Below are positions 1-9,827 of a DNA stretch of 64,000 bases, piece by piece. Source of the stretch: Vulcanimicrobiota bacterium (GTDB lineage Bacteria; Vulcanimicrobiota; Vulcanimicrobiia; Eremiobacterales; Eremiobacteraceae). The notes below the pieces were generated by a model, which did not search any database, was not told where the DNA came from, and saw only the letters and a program-made list of their open reading frames with translations. The position numbers were made by a program, and so were the translations under genes. Within the stretch, counting starts at the first letter, position 1; each line of letters starts with the position of its first letter. The stretch covers positions 1,568,001-1,632,000 of the forward strand of contig CAWETU010000001.1 in assembly GCA_963812135.1 (NCBI GenBank), written 5' to 3'.

Positions 1-289
1 CGTCGGCGATGTCGCTTTCGGGCATCTCGCGCTGGGCGGCATCGTCGCGGTAGAGGTTGATGTTCAGGAAGCCGATGGCGACATCCACACCCGTGCGCAG
101 CTTGATCTCCGCATGGATGCGACGCACGAGGTTCTCACCGCCCTTGCGGATGCCGATGAGCAGGAGGTTCTCCGTGGCCCCGTTCGGTTCGATGATCTGC
201 TGCGCCAAGCGCTCGATCGTGCGCTGCAGCTGCGCAGCCGAAAACACGACGCGCTTCTCTTGGAGCGTGTCGTCCCGAGTCGTCCTCAA
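1..289 (-). CDS. pyrR: PyrR pyrimidine operon regulator / uracil phosphoribosyltransferase (N-terminal part; runs off the window)
   Basis: Manual translation from TTG at 289: ...LQRTIERLAQQIIEPNGATENLLLIGIRKGG...IGFLNINLYRDD, the PyrR signature. Absent from the ORF track because it is truncated. Confidence 0.85.
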   Translation of the reverse strand, partial: MRTTRDDTLQEKRVVFSAAQLQRTIERLAQQIIEPNGATENLLLIGIRKGGENLVRRIHAEIKLRTGVDVAIGFLNINLYRDDAAQREMPESDIAD

Positions 290-501
290 TCTGGTGTCCA
301 GCCCTTTCGCGGCAGTGGTGCACGAGCCGGACTTTGTTATTCTCGTTCCATCCTGGGCTCGCCTGCCCGCCCAGCTCGCCGCCGCTTGGCAGTGCTCCGA
401 TAAACCTGCGACGAGCGGGCGAATATGTGCGTTTCTATACCAGCAATGGGTACACTACAGATGTCATACAAAATGCACGAATCTCGAAGGGATGTCCTGA
501 A

Positions 502-1588
502 GTGAATTTTCGCAACACGCTCCTGATCGGAGTCGCGTTCCTGTTCGTCGCCCTTGCCGGCGCCCCGCAGCCGGCACATGCCGAGACCGACGCGCAAAGG
601 AACGCGTGCCGCGACCGCGTCGTTCAGACGTATCCTGGGGTCAACCCGGGCAATATCAGCATCAATCAGATGTGGGAGTCGAACGGCAGCGTTCGGCTCG
701 ATTGGTCCGCCGGCGGCAACGCGAGCGGATTGTGCGTCATCGGGCCGCGCAACGAGGTCTACCAGTTCGTCAACAACGGTTCGACGTGGCAGGGGTCCAA
801 GTGGAAATCAAGGCTACGGAAATCAAAGCTTTGGCAACGTGCCAGGCGTCGGCCAGTTCGTCGTCGTGAACGGCAGCGGCCGGGTCAGCGGCGGCGCGGT
901 GAGCTTCCAAGCCTACGTGAACGGATCCGGGCCGAGCAACTGGTACGCCGACTGCTCCAATGGCCGCATGAACCAAAACGGACGTGTCGTGCAAGACAGT
1001 CCGCAGGCCCGTTATGTGGTGAGCTATATCTGCAGTGGTGGTCCGCCCCAGCAATTCCAAGCAAATACGTATAACTTCGGCAACGTGCCCGGCATCGGCC
1101 AGTTCGCGGTCGTGAACGGCAGCGGCACCGCGCAAAATGGCATCGTCAACTTCCAAGCATACGTGAACGGATTGGGTCCGTCAACGTGGACAGCGCTGTG
1201 CAACACAGGCACGCTTGGACAGGCGGGATATCAGCTGCCGGTCAGTTCTCAATCGCAATACGTCGTCAGTTACATCTGCAACGGGGGAAACCCGCAACAG
1301 GGGTATGGCGGATCGCCGCCACAGCAGTTCCAAAACGGCACGGTGAATTTCGGGTACGTCGCTGGCGTCGGCTCGCTTGCGGTGATCAACGGCAGCGGGC
1401 GTGCGCAAAACGGTGTCGTCAACTTCCTCGCGTATGTGAACGGGTCCGGGCCCTCGACGTGGACCGCCGCATGCAGCACCGGGCAAATCGGCCAGAACGG
1501 AAACTATGCGCCGTACAGCCCGCAGGCTCAGTACGTCGCGAGCTACATCTGCTCGGGTGGACCGCCCGGCGGCGCCTGGGGTCGCTGA
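502..1588 (+). CDS. Secreted protein with signal peptide, an N-terminal two-Cys domain and three tandem ~80-aa two-Cys repeats; frameshift near 793
   Basis: GTG 502 then signal peptide NFRNTLLIGVAFLFVALAGAPQPAHA (frame of ORF 334..1074). Removing one G from the G4 run at ~792-795 joins it to ORF 554..1588, which has three FGxVxGxG...VNGxGPSxWxAxC...YVxSYIC repeats. Confidence 0.7.
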
Positions 1589-2395
1589 TCGCCGGCGACT
1601 TTATCTCGATGCCAGCCTGTGGCGATCATCAATCGGTTCATGGGCCAGGGCCAGAGCTGATTCAACGATAGAGCGACGCGCAGCGCGAACGGCACGATGA
1701 CGTTCGCGCTGTTGCGTTCTATGCCGTGGACGATCGCGTCGGCGACCTGCTCGGGCGTCAGTGTCGGAAAGAGCTTGCTCGCGCTGGGCAAGCGCTGTCG
1801 CGCGCCCGGGTTGCGATCCCAATAGCCGGACGTCACTTCGCCGGCGACGACGTGTGTGACGCCGACGCCGGTCTTGTGCAGATCGACACGCAGGGCTTGC
1901 GTGAATCCGCGCAGCGCCCAGCGGGCGGCCGCGTAGCCGGTGGAACCGGGCCACGGTGAGAACGCGGCCGGGGAGTCGACGTTCACGATACGTCCGCTGC
2001 GGCGCTCCAACATGGCCGGTAAGAACGCACTGGTCAGATAGAATGCCGCGAAATACGGCAACGCCATCATTGCTAACTGCTTCAGCCGGATCGGTCTCTT
2101 CTGCGTAGAGCCATCGGCCGGCGCCCGCGCTGTTGACGAGGATGTCGGGCGGCCCGACCTCACGCGCGATCGCCTGTGCGGCTTGTCGTGCCGCGCCGCC
2201 ATCGCTGAGATCGACCGGGTAGGTGGAGGCGGTTCCGCCATCCGCGCGGATCCGCGCGGCGACTCGTTCGAGGTCGCCTGCCGTGCGCGCGATGAGGGCG
2301 ATGTGTGCGCCGCGCTTGGCGAGCGCCTTTGCCGTCGCTTCACCGATGCCGCTCGACGCGCCCGAAACGACTGCGATGCGGCCGGCCGGCTTCAT
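1543..2395 (-). CDS. SDR family oxidoreductase (frameshift near 2074)
   Basis: SGASSGIG and DILVNSAG lie in ORF 1601..2395; the catalytic region GYAAARW lies in ORF 1543..2343. One extra base near 2074 separates them. Confidence 0.8.
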
Positions 2396-2408
2396 CTTCT
2401 TCTGGACG

Positions 2409-2865
2409 TTATGTCGGCCTGAGCACCATCACTGCGATGAGGGCGATCCACAGCAGGCCACTGATCGGTCCAGCGGCGGCGACGAGGCGATCGCCGAGGA
2501 CGGCGGTCAGTTCCGGATGACGGGTGATCGTCGGGGCTTGCGCGGCCGCTCTGGCAAGCCGCGCCGACCAGGCACCATGGACGCCGACACCGATGATAAG
2601 GAGCAGCGCGGCCAACACGTACGCGATCACAGCCACTTCGACATGAGGTCATAGCCGACGGCCGCCGCAGCCCCGAATCCAAACACGATTCCGACCAACA
2701 GGACGAATCACGCCGGCGATTTGCATCGGTCGCGCGACTTTGACCGCGGTGCGGATCGAGCGCACGTCGCCGCTTCGCGCGATCGCGGTCATGCAGGATG
2801 CCTACGCCCGTCGTGAATCCGAAGGCGATGAACATCGCGAGGATGTGTAAGATTTCCCAGATCAC
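2409..2865 (-). CDS. Small integral membrane protein, DUF2269-like (multiple indels)
   Basis: Hydrophobic segments MIWEILHILAMFIAFG..., ...VIAYVLAALLLIIGVGVHGAW... and the C-terminus LLWIALIAVMVLRP are spread over different frames. Confidence 0.55.
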
Positions 2866-2910
2866 GCGCTCTCCTTAGAACTCGAAGTTGCCGTCTGGTT
2901 CATGATGTAC

Positions 2911-5553
2911 TCATTTCAGCGCCGCGCGACGATCTTGACTCATCGCCAGCCCTTGCTTTAGCTCTGCGAGACGGGCGCGTTCCTTCTCTACCACCGCGGC
3001 GGGTGCTTTGTCCACGAAATTCGTCTGCAGCTTGCGCTCGATCGCGTCGGCTTCATCTCGCGTGCGCGCGATCTCCTTGTCGAGCGCGGACCGCTCCTTT
3101 TCGACGAACGCTTCGTCCACGGCGAGCAGCACTTCCATCGCGCCGAGCCGGCGCGATACGGCGTGCTTCGGACGGCCGTCTGGTCCGGTCGGCGCATGCA
3201 CGTTCTCGGCACGCGCAAGACGCGCGACCACGCCGCGCTCGCGCTGCAATAAGTCCACGAACGATTTGTCGGCGCCGACGATGGTGACGTCGCGCAGTTC
3301 GCGATAGGGCAGCTTCGGCAGCGCGCGCAGCGCGCGGACCGCCTCCACAAATTCGAGGACGCGCGCCATGTCGGTGCGCGACTGCTCGTCAAGCCAGCCA
3401 GAACTCGGCGAAGGCCACGCCGATTCGCCGATGAACCCGTCGCGGCCGAGGCGGCCCCACAGCTCTTCGGTCACGAACGGCATGATCGGGTGCAGCAGTT
3501 GCAGCGCGGTGGCGAGCGCGTGAGTGAGGATTGGGGCGCGCGTCGGCGCCTTGTCCTTGGCGATTTCGATGTAGACGTCGCACACTTGGTTCCACACGAA
3601 AGTGTAGAGCGTCTGGGCGGCCTCGGAGAAGTCGAACGCCTCGAGCGCCTGCGTCACGCGTCCGGCGGTTTGGGCGAGCGCATCCATGATCCAGCGGTCA
3701 GGCAGCGTCCAGCTCGTCTCATCCGGCACGCTCAAAACGGTAGCGGTCGAGTTCACCCGACCGTCATTCGCGAGGTCGATGGCGAAACGCGCGGCCTGCC
3801 ACAGCTTATTGCAGAACTTGCGCGCATCGTCGCATTTGGCGATCGAGAAGCGCACGTCTTGGCCGCCGTGCATCTGGCTCACGATGGCGAAGCGCGTCGC
3901 GTCCGCGCCGTAGTCGCGCACGAGATCCATCGGGTCGAGCGAGTTGCCGAGCGACTTGCTCATCTTGCGGCCTTGCTCGTCGAGGACGAGCGGCGCGATG
4001 AACACGCGCTTGAACGGGATGTCGCCGGCGAAGTGGATGCCGAACATCACCATGCGCGCGACCCAATTGAAGATGATCTCGCGTGCGGTGACGAGCACTT
4101 GGTTCGGATACCAAGCCTTTAGTTCTGGCGTGTCCTCGGGCCAGCCGAGGATCGAGAACGGCCACAGCCCGCTCGAGAACCAAGTGTCGAGCGTATCCGG
4201 ATCTTGCGTCAGGCTGCGGTCCCCGCATTCCCCGCAGGCCGTGGGTGTGTTTTCGGCGACGGTCACGTGGCCGTCCGCGCAGTACCAGACCGGCAGGCGG
4301 TGGCCCCACCAGATCTGCCGCGAGATGCACCAGTCGCGGATATGCTCGAGCCAATCTTCGTACGTGCGGCGAAAACGCGCGGGTGCGAACGCAAGCTTGC
4401 CGCTTTGCGAGGCGACGAGCGCCGGCTCGGCCAGCGGTTTGATCTTGACGAACCATTGCAGTGACAGGAGCGGTTCGATGACGGTGTCGCAGCGGTAGCA
4501 CGTGCCCGTGCTCACCATGTACGGTTCTTCTTTGACGAGCGCGCCGCGCGCGCGCAACGTCTCGACGGCGAGTGTGCGGGCGTCGAAGCGGTCAAGGCCG
4601 ACGAACTCCTGCTCCACCGCATCGGTCATCTTCGCGTCAGGGCCGATCACGGAGATCGAGGCGAGGCCGTGGCGCTCGCCGATCTCGGCGTCCGCTTGGT
4701 CGTGACCCGGCGTGATCTTGAGCGCGCCCGTGCCGAACGAGCGCTCGACCGCGCTGTCGGCGATGACCGGAATCGCGTGGGGCGAGAGCGGGCGCTTGAC
4801 GAGCTTGCCGATCAGGGAGTTGTAGCGGGGGTCCTCGGGATGCACCGCGATCGCGACATCGGCGAAGATCGTCTCGGGGCGAGTCGTGGCGATCACTACG
4901 CCGTCGCCGCCGTCTTCGGTGCGATAACGCACGTAGTACAGCGTGCCTGGCGTGTCTTCGTGTTCGACTTCGGTGTCGGCCAGGGTGCTGCCGCAGCGCG
5001 GACACCAATTCACCAACCGCGTGCCGCGATAGATCAGCCCTTCATTATAGAGCTGGACGAAGACCTTGACGACGGCTTTGGACAGACCTTCGTCCATCGT
5101 GTAGCGATCGCGCTGCCAATCGGGTCCGAAACCGAGCGCGCGGAACTGCTTGTAGATGATGTCGCCGTAGAGCTCGCGCCACTGCCGCGCGCGTTCGATG
5201 AACTTCTCACGGCCAAGGTCGAAGCGCGTCAGACCCTCTTTGGCGAGCTCTTTCTCGATGACGTTCTGCGTCGCGATGGCCGCATGGTCCTGACCAGGCA
5301 GCCATACCGCGTTGTCGCCCAGCATGCGGTGATAGCGCGTGAGGATGTCCTGCGGTGTGTAGGTCGAGCCGTGGCCCATGTGCGCGCGCCCGGTGACGTT
5401 GGGCGGCGGCATCGAGATGACGAACGGCGGCCGCGACGGATCGGGGTCCTCGTGGAACAGGCCGGCTTCTTCCCAGCGTTCGTACCACTGCGACTCGATC
5501 GTGCCTGGGTCGTACTTCTCGAGCATCGGTTTGTCGGGAATTGTCACGCGCAT
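2911..5553 (-). CDS. valS: Valine--tRNA ligase
   Basis: PPPNVTGRAHMGH (HIGH), DWCISRQIWWGH, KMSKS, C-terminal coiled-coil arm. Confidence 0.97.
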   Translation of the reverse strand: MRVTIPDKPMLEKYDPGTIESQWYERWEEAGLFHEDPDPSRPPFVISMPPPNVTGRAHMGHGSTYTPQDILTRYHRMLGDNAVWLPGQDHAAIATQNVIEKELAKEGLTRFDLGREKFIERARQWRELYGDIIYKQFRALGFGPDWQRDRYTMDEGLSKAVVKVFVQLYNEGLIYRGTRLVNWCPRCGSTLADTEVEHEDTPGTLYYVRYRTEDGGDGVVIATTRPETIFADVAIAVHPEDPRYNSLIGKLVKRPLSPHAIPVIADSAVERSFGTGALKITPGHDQADAEIGERHGLASISVIGPDAKMTDAVEQEFVGLDRFDARTLAVETLRARGALVKEEPYMVSTGTCYRCDTVIEPLLSLQWFVKIKPLAEPALVASQSGKLAFAPARFRRTYEDWLEHIRDWCISRQIWWGHRLPVWYCADGHVTVAENTPTACGECGDRSLTQDPDTLDTWFSSGLWPFSILGWPEDTPELKAWYPNQVLVTAREIIFNWVARMVMFGIHFAGDIPFKRVFIAPLVLDEQGRKMSKSLGNSLDPMDLVRDYGADATRFAIVSQMHGGQDVRFSIAKCDDARKFCNKLWQAARFAIDLANDGRVNSTATVLSVPDETSWTLPDRWIMDALAQTAGRVTQALEAFDFSEAAQTLYTFVWNQVCDVYIEIAKDKAPTRAPILTHALATALQLLHPIMPFVTEELWGRLGRDGFIGESAWPSPSSGWLDEQSRTDMARVLEFVEAVRALRALPKLPYRELRDVTIVGADKSFVDLLQRERGVVARLARAENVHAPTGPDGRPKHAVSRRLGAMEVLLAVDEAFVEKERSALDKEIARTRDEADAIERKLQTNFVDKAPAAVVEKERARLAELKQGLAMSQDRRAALK

Positions 5554-5739
5554 TTTGTTCGTCTGGCGCGCCCGAGGCCCTGCGCCACAGTCCCGAGACG
5601 AATATCGCCTCGGCGGTATCTGCCAAGGCGATCGGTGGCGCTATGAGCTGATAGTTCGGTCGGAGCGCTAGGCGGGGAGGCTGGTCGGTGCTGCCATGCG
5701 CGCTTTCTTACAGTCCGCGCGCCGGAGGCCCTTCGCTAC

Positions 5740-7320
5740 CTACGGTGTTGCTGTAAGTGCATTCGCAGCGTTGAGCCGCCCTGCGCCCTGCTGGTCAGGC
5801 GAGCTCGCGCAGCCGCAAATGTTGTCCGCGGTGCTCTCGAGGATTGAAGCGACCTGGGCCGGCGCGATGCCTGGGTCTTTGCTGATCATCAGCGCGGCGA
5901 CGCCGGCCACATGTGGCGCCGCCATCGAGGTCCCGTTGATGAGCACCCCGTGGTTGCCGACGTTCGGCGGGCTGCTGTTGGCGCAGCAGGCCGTGGTGGA
6001 ATAGTTGTTGACGATCCACTGGAGGAAATCGCAAAGCGGGACCACCCCGCAGCTCAGCTGCGCAGCGCTCGGATCTCCACCCGGAGCGACCAGACCCCAC
6101 GTGGTGTTGCCGTTGTAATTCGAGTAGTTCGGCACGTACTCGGTCGGAGTGGCGGGGTTGGTGATGTCGTCGACTGCGCTGGCGCCGACGACGATGACGC
6201 CGTTGCAGTTCGCCGGATCTTTGAGCGTGTTGGCGCCGTCGTTGCCCGAGGCGACGACCACGACGATTTTGTTGTTGACCGCGTCGTTGATCGCCGCTTG
6301 CTCGCCAGGATCGCACGGGCCTACGCTCGTCGCTCCCAAGCTCAGGTTGATGACATTGGCATGGGCTCCGACTGCCCAGTCGATGGCGGCCGCGACATCT
6401 GCTGAGGTCGCGCCCGGGGGATTCGGGTTCGCGGCCGTCGGCTGCTTGAACACGCGCACCTCGAGCAGATTGACGTTGAAGCCGGCGCCGGCATAACGCG
6501 TTGAGTTGTTCGTCACAGACGCTGCGATACCGCTGACGTTGCTGCCGTGCCCGTCATCGTCTTGAGCTGACGTGCTGAAATCCTGCGTGCCGCTGCCGTT
6601 GTCGAACACCGCGCTATTGACGACCTTCGAGCAGATGTCGATGTTGTTCGCGTCGTAGCCACTGTCGATGATCGCGATACGTACGCCGGGATTGCCTTGC
6701 GTCATATCCCATGCCCCCGGCATTTGCGTGAGCCACATATCCCATTGGACTTGGCTCGCATGTGGCGGCGTCGTGTATGGACCGGTGTACGGCGGTGCCG
6801 GGCCAAATTCTTGATCATTGGGAACAAACTCGAGATATCGGGCGCCGAGCGGCTTCGCTTCGACGATGCCAGGCGTTCCAGCGACCGAAGCGGCGACCGC
6901 AGCCGGATCCCTGTCGGGCGGGATGGTGTATGTGACATAGCCAAAGCGATTTGCCGCGCCTGCCTGCTGTGCTTGCACTCGTTCAAGAGCGCGCACGGCC
7001 CGCGGAGCCGCTGCTGTGGTTGAAAACTTGACCGTTATCAAACCTGGAACGTAGGCGGGTCGCGCCCGACGGATGAGCGGTCGCACGTGAAGCGCTTCGA
7101 GCCCCATCGCTTCTACCGAGGTAGCGTTCGCATTGCAACCGATCAGCGGGGGCGTTGGAGTCACGCAACCATTGCAGGGGCAAAGTCCATTGCAACCACC
7201 TCGAGGACCTGGACCTGCGGCACATGCGGTTATGAAAAGCGCCAATGCTCCCGCAAAGCAAGCGCTCACGAGATTCTTGGATCTCGCGCCCCGAACGGCC
7301 ACGGTGGTCGTCGCTTTCAT
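5740..7320 (-). CDS. S8 (subtilisin-like) serine peptidase, probable lipoprotein
   Basis: Catalytic motifs IIDSG, DGHGSNVSG and GTSMAAPHVAG; lipobox-like LFITAC. Start taken at ATG 7320. Confidence 0.9.
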   Translation of the reverse strand: MKATTTVAVRGARSKNLVSACFAGALALFITACAAGPGPRGGCNGLCPCNGCVTPTPPLIGCNANATSVEAMGLEALHVRPLIRRARPAYVPGLITVKFSTTAAAPRAVRALERVQAQQAGAANRFGYVTYTIPPDRDPAAVAASVAGTPGIVEAKPLGARYLEFVPNDQEFGPAPPYTGPYTTPPHASQVQWDMWLTQMPGAWDMTQGNPGVRIAIIDSGYDANNIDICSKVVNSAVFDNGSGTQDFSTSAQDDDGHGSNVSGIAASVTNNSTRYAGAGFNVNLLEVRVFKQPTAANPNPPGATSADVAAAIDWAVGAHANVINLSLGATSVGPCDPGEQAAINDAVNNKIVVVVASGNDGANTLKDPANCNGVIVVGASAVDDITNPATPTEYVPNYSNYNGNTTWGLVAPGGDPSAAQLSCGVVPLCDFLQWIVNNYSTTACCANSSPPNVGNHGVLINGTSMAAPHVAGVAALMISKDPGIAPAQVASILESTADNICGCASSPDQQGAGRLNAANALTATP

Positions 7321-7327
7321 AGCGCGT

Positions 7328-7849
7328 TCACCGGCACCTTTTCGCTCGAAGGCGGCGTTTTCGAGCGTCGGCGAGCTCGGGCGGCCAGACCACTTCAAAG
7401 CGTTCGAACACTAATTCGGTCTCGGGTCCAACCAAGAAACCCTCCCGCACGCCGCGCCTGCGGAAATATCGCGTGTGTGCGTTGATCCACCATGCAAGCG
7501 TGCGATCGCCGCCGCCGGCATCCCAGGCGAATTGTTCGTCCGCGTCGCGCATCGGCTTGACCTCCACCTGCACGCAGCGCACCACGCAGCGGGCCGTGCC
7601 GCTGCCATCCATCACGATGTGCAGATCGCCGCGTTTAGGAAGCGCCCGGCCTTGCGCAGTTAAGTCTCTCGGCAGACTCGCGTGTGCGCGCTTGGTTCCG
7701 GCGAGGACCTGCGTTGCGAGCTCGTCCGTCAGTTCGTCGCTGTCGCCAAAGCGCACGACCGACGGAACCCTCTTCTTCACGTCCGCACTCTCCGCGTATG
7801 CGCGCCAGAGCTGACGCGCCTGAGATCTGGTTTTTGCATCGTCGCGCAC
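7328..7849 (-). CDS. ASCH domain protein
   Basis: FGDSDELTDELA..VLAGTKRA...PKRGDL.IV.DG...A.D.GGGDRTLAWW...H..YF...LVFERF matches the ASCH (Ef3133-like) pattern. Confidence 0.8.
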   Translation of the reverse strand: MRDDAKTRSQARQLWRAYAESADVKKRVPSVVRFGDSDELTDELATQVLAGTKRAHASLPRDLTAQGRALPKRGDLHIVMDGSGTARCVVRCVQVEVKPMRDADEQFAWDAGGGDRTLAWWINAHTRYFRRRGVREGFLVGPETELVFERFEVVWPPELADARKRRLRAKRCR

Positions 7850-7933
7850 GGAGGCGGTGACTCAGCGCTCGCTCGACGGCCTAGCGAAGACGCGGTGACA
7901 AGTGGCGAAGCGATGTACGGTGTTCATGGCATT

Positions 7934-7978
7934 ATACTAGCCTGTGTCGCGCTTCCGGCGCGTCCGCAGAAATACGTA
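7934..7978 (-). promoter_or_regulatory. Putative activator box plus -10 promoter (copy 1, upstream of ASCH-S8)
   Basis: Minus strand TACGTA-TTTC-TGCGGA-N23-TAGTAT (overlapping TATAAT). Confidence 0.6.
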
Positions 7979-8001
7979 GCCTTGGTTCCTCTCGTAATAG
8001 A

Positions 8002-8029
8002 ACGCCGCCGGCGGTGAAGCTCGGCGGCG
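8002..8029 (-). terminator. GC-rich hairpin downstream of TonB-C gene 1
   Basis: Minus strand CGCCGCCG...CGGCGGCG-type stem (imperfect) followed by TTCTATT. Confidence 0.45.
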
Positions 8030-8050
8030 GCTTGTTAGATCAGATCGCAC

Positions 8051-8530
8051 TCACTGGCGTCCGTTGCCCCCTTGCGGCAGCTTGGCGGTCGGGGAGTCGA
8101 ACATGATATCCACATAGTATGACTGCTTGAACGAGCTGCAGTTGTGGACTTCCGGCGCGTACTTCGACCCGCGAGCAGCAGCAAGCGCCTGCTGATCAAG
8201 AGCGGCGTTGCCGGATGATTTGTTGAGGTGCACTTGGAGCGGGTTGCCGACTGAGTCCAGTTCGATCAGCACCTGCGTGTCCGCGTGACTCAACGCAGCC
8301 GACTCCATCTTAAGCCACTCGGTCGGAAAATGCGTGATCTGAGCCTTCGAGTCCGGGATTCCGCAGCTCCCGGAGTTTGCCGTATCAACGGCGTTGCTTG
8401 TCGTCGCCGGAACCAGTGCGCTATAGGTTACGTGCGTGTCTGCCGCCGCCGGCTCTTGGGCTGCGACCCCGATGAGTACCGCGAGAAGGATACCGATGAA
8501 GCTGGGCAGTTTGTGCGTCCGCGCGTACAT
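8051..8530 (-). CDS. Secreted TonB C-terminal domain-like protein, paralog 1
   Basis: Signal peptide, then TQVLIELDSVGN....LNKSSGNAALDQQALAAARGSKYAP (TonB_C pattern); RBS GGAGG. Confidence 0.75.
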   Translation of the reverse strand: MYARTHKLPSFIGILLAVLIGVAAQEPAAADTHVTYSALVPATTSNAVDTANSGSCGIPDSKAQITHFPTEWLKMESAALSHADTQVLIELDSVGNPLQVHLNKSSGNAALDQQALAAARGSKYAPEVHNCSSFKQSYYVDIMFDSPTAKLPQGGNGRQ

Positions 8531-8550
8531 GTTGGTAACCTCCCGAGTGG

Positions 8551-8625
8551 ATGGTGCCGAAGCGACGATTCATCGGTCCGGAGAGGCCGCTAGGCTCGCG
8601 TGAGTTGCGCGTGGCATCGACCTCT
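8551..8625 (-). ncRNA. Conserved structured 5' leader, copy 1 (candidate cis-regulatory RNA)
   Basis: AGAGGUCG/CGGCCUCU stem and CCGGA-C-CGAUG/CGUCG-C-UUCGG stem; shared with 14324..14397. Confidence 0.5.
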
Positions 8626-8631
8626 GCTCAT

Positions 8632-8687
8632 AACATAGCAGCCCCCCGGTGTGCGCGGTATCCGCAGCGCCTCCGCAGAACTACGTA
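8632..8687 (-). promoter_or_regulatory. Putative activator box plus extended -10 promoter (copy 2)
   Basis: Minus strand TACGTA-GTTC-TGCGGA-GGCGC-TGCGGA-N23-TATGTT, with TG extension (TGcTATGTT). Confidence 0.6.
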
Positions 8688-8711
8688 CGCTGATTTGCAG
8701 AGACGGCAATC

Positions 8712-9798
8712 CTAAAGCTCGACGATCGTATCGTTCGCTTCATTCGTGAACCATGGGGTACCATCTGGCCCTATCGTCATTCCCCTGAGCACGCCGACTG
8801 GGAAAGACCACAGGTCGGTTACCGTGCCGGAGAGATCCATCTTCCCGACCTGGGCGTTCCACGGTGCCGCGAGCTGGTTGTGCAAGAACCACAGAGTCCC
8901 ATCGGGCGCCGAGTCGATCCGCATAAGCGTTTCGTTTGCCGGATTCATGGGTTCGGGGAATTCGGTGAAGACGCCGGTGGGGGGTGACTCGAGCGATTTT
9001 ATGGTTGAACCGCTCTGTGAACCAGATATTTCCATCTTTGCCAACCGTCATGCCGCCAATGGCGCTCGGAGCACCAGGAGGTCCGTTACACGAAGGGGTG
9101 GGCACCGTGTACTCTGTGATTGCGCCCGACATTGTAACTTTAGCGATATTGTTGACGCAGTTCGACGGCTCGCCGGCTTCAGCAAACCACATATTCCCGT
9201 CTGGACCCTTGACGATATGAACCACGCCGCTGTTCGCTGTCGGGATCGTGTAAGCGCCAACTAGCGTCCCGGTTGTCGATATCGCGCCGACGACGTTAGC
9301 GCCATAGTGCGTGAACCACATATTGCCGTCAGGGCCCGCCGCAATCCCGTAAAGGTTCTGCGGTGCGCCAGCCAGCGGTGGGGGAAGCGCAAACTCAGTG
9401 ATGACGCCTTCGGTCGTTATCCGGCCAATCGTGTTGAAATTGAACTCGGTGAACCATAGGTTGCCGTCAGGTCCTGGGGCGATTTGCGCTGGATACGCGC
9501 CAGCTGCAGGTACCAAGAACTCCGTTATCGTGCCGCTCGCCGTCACGCGAGCGATCTTGTTCGCATCGCTCTCCACGACCCAAATGTTGCCGTCCGGACC
9601 TGAGGTGATGCCGTCGATGTACGCGTTGTATCCAAAGGGCACCTCACCTGGAAGCGTATAGATCGCCAGCGGTGCGATCGTCGGGCACGGACATTCCAGC
9701 AGTGTGTGCAGCTGATGCTCATTGAGCACGCTCTTGGAACTGCACGCCGCCAAAAGCGACGCCGTGACAGCAACGCTGAGCAGCCAGTGAGTGCGCAT
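8712..9798 (-). CDS. Vgb (virginiamycin B lyase)-like beta-propeller lipoprotein, paralog 2 (frameshift in G6 run 8979-8984)
   Basis: Lipobox LAAC and repeated GPDGNxWF motifs. ORFs 8740..9798 and 8712..9044 join on removal of one base. Confidence 0.8.
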
Positions 9799-9827
9799 CA
9801 GTTCCTTTCATCAGTCGCACGAAATCT

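Noticed and set aside
820..1570. DNA repeats as a CRISPR array or non-coding repeat
   Set aside because: The repeats are in-frame protein domain repeats with synonymous variation. No CRISPR array or cas gene was seen in the window.
8551..8625. Leader motif as a hammerhead, HDV-like, SAH or c-di-GMP RNA
   Set aside because: CGAUGAA resembles CUGAUGA, but the hammerhead core geometry is not met, and the conserved cores of the other classes are absent.
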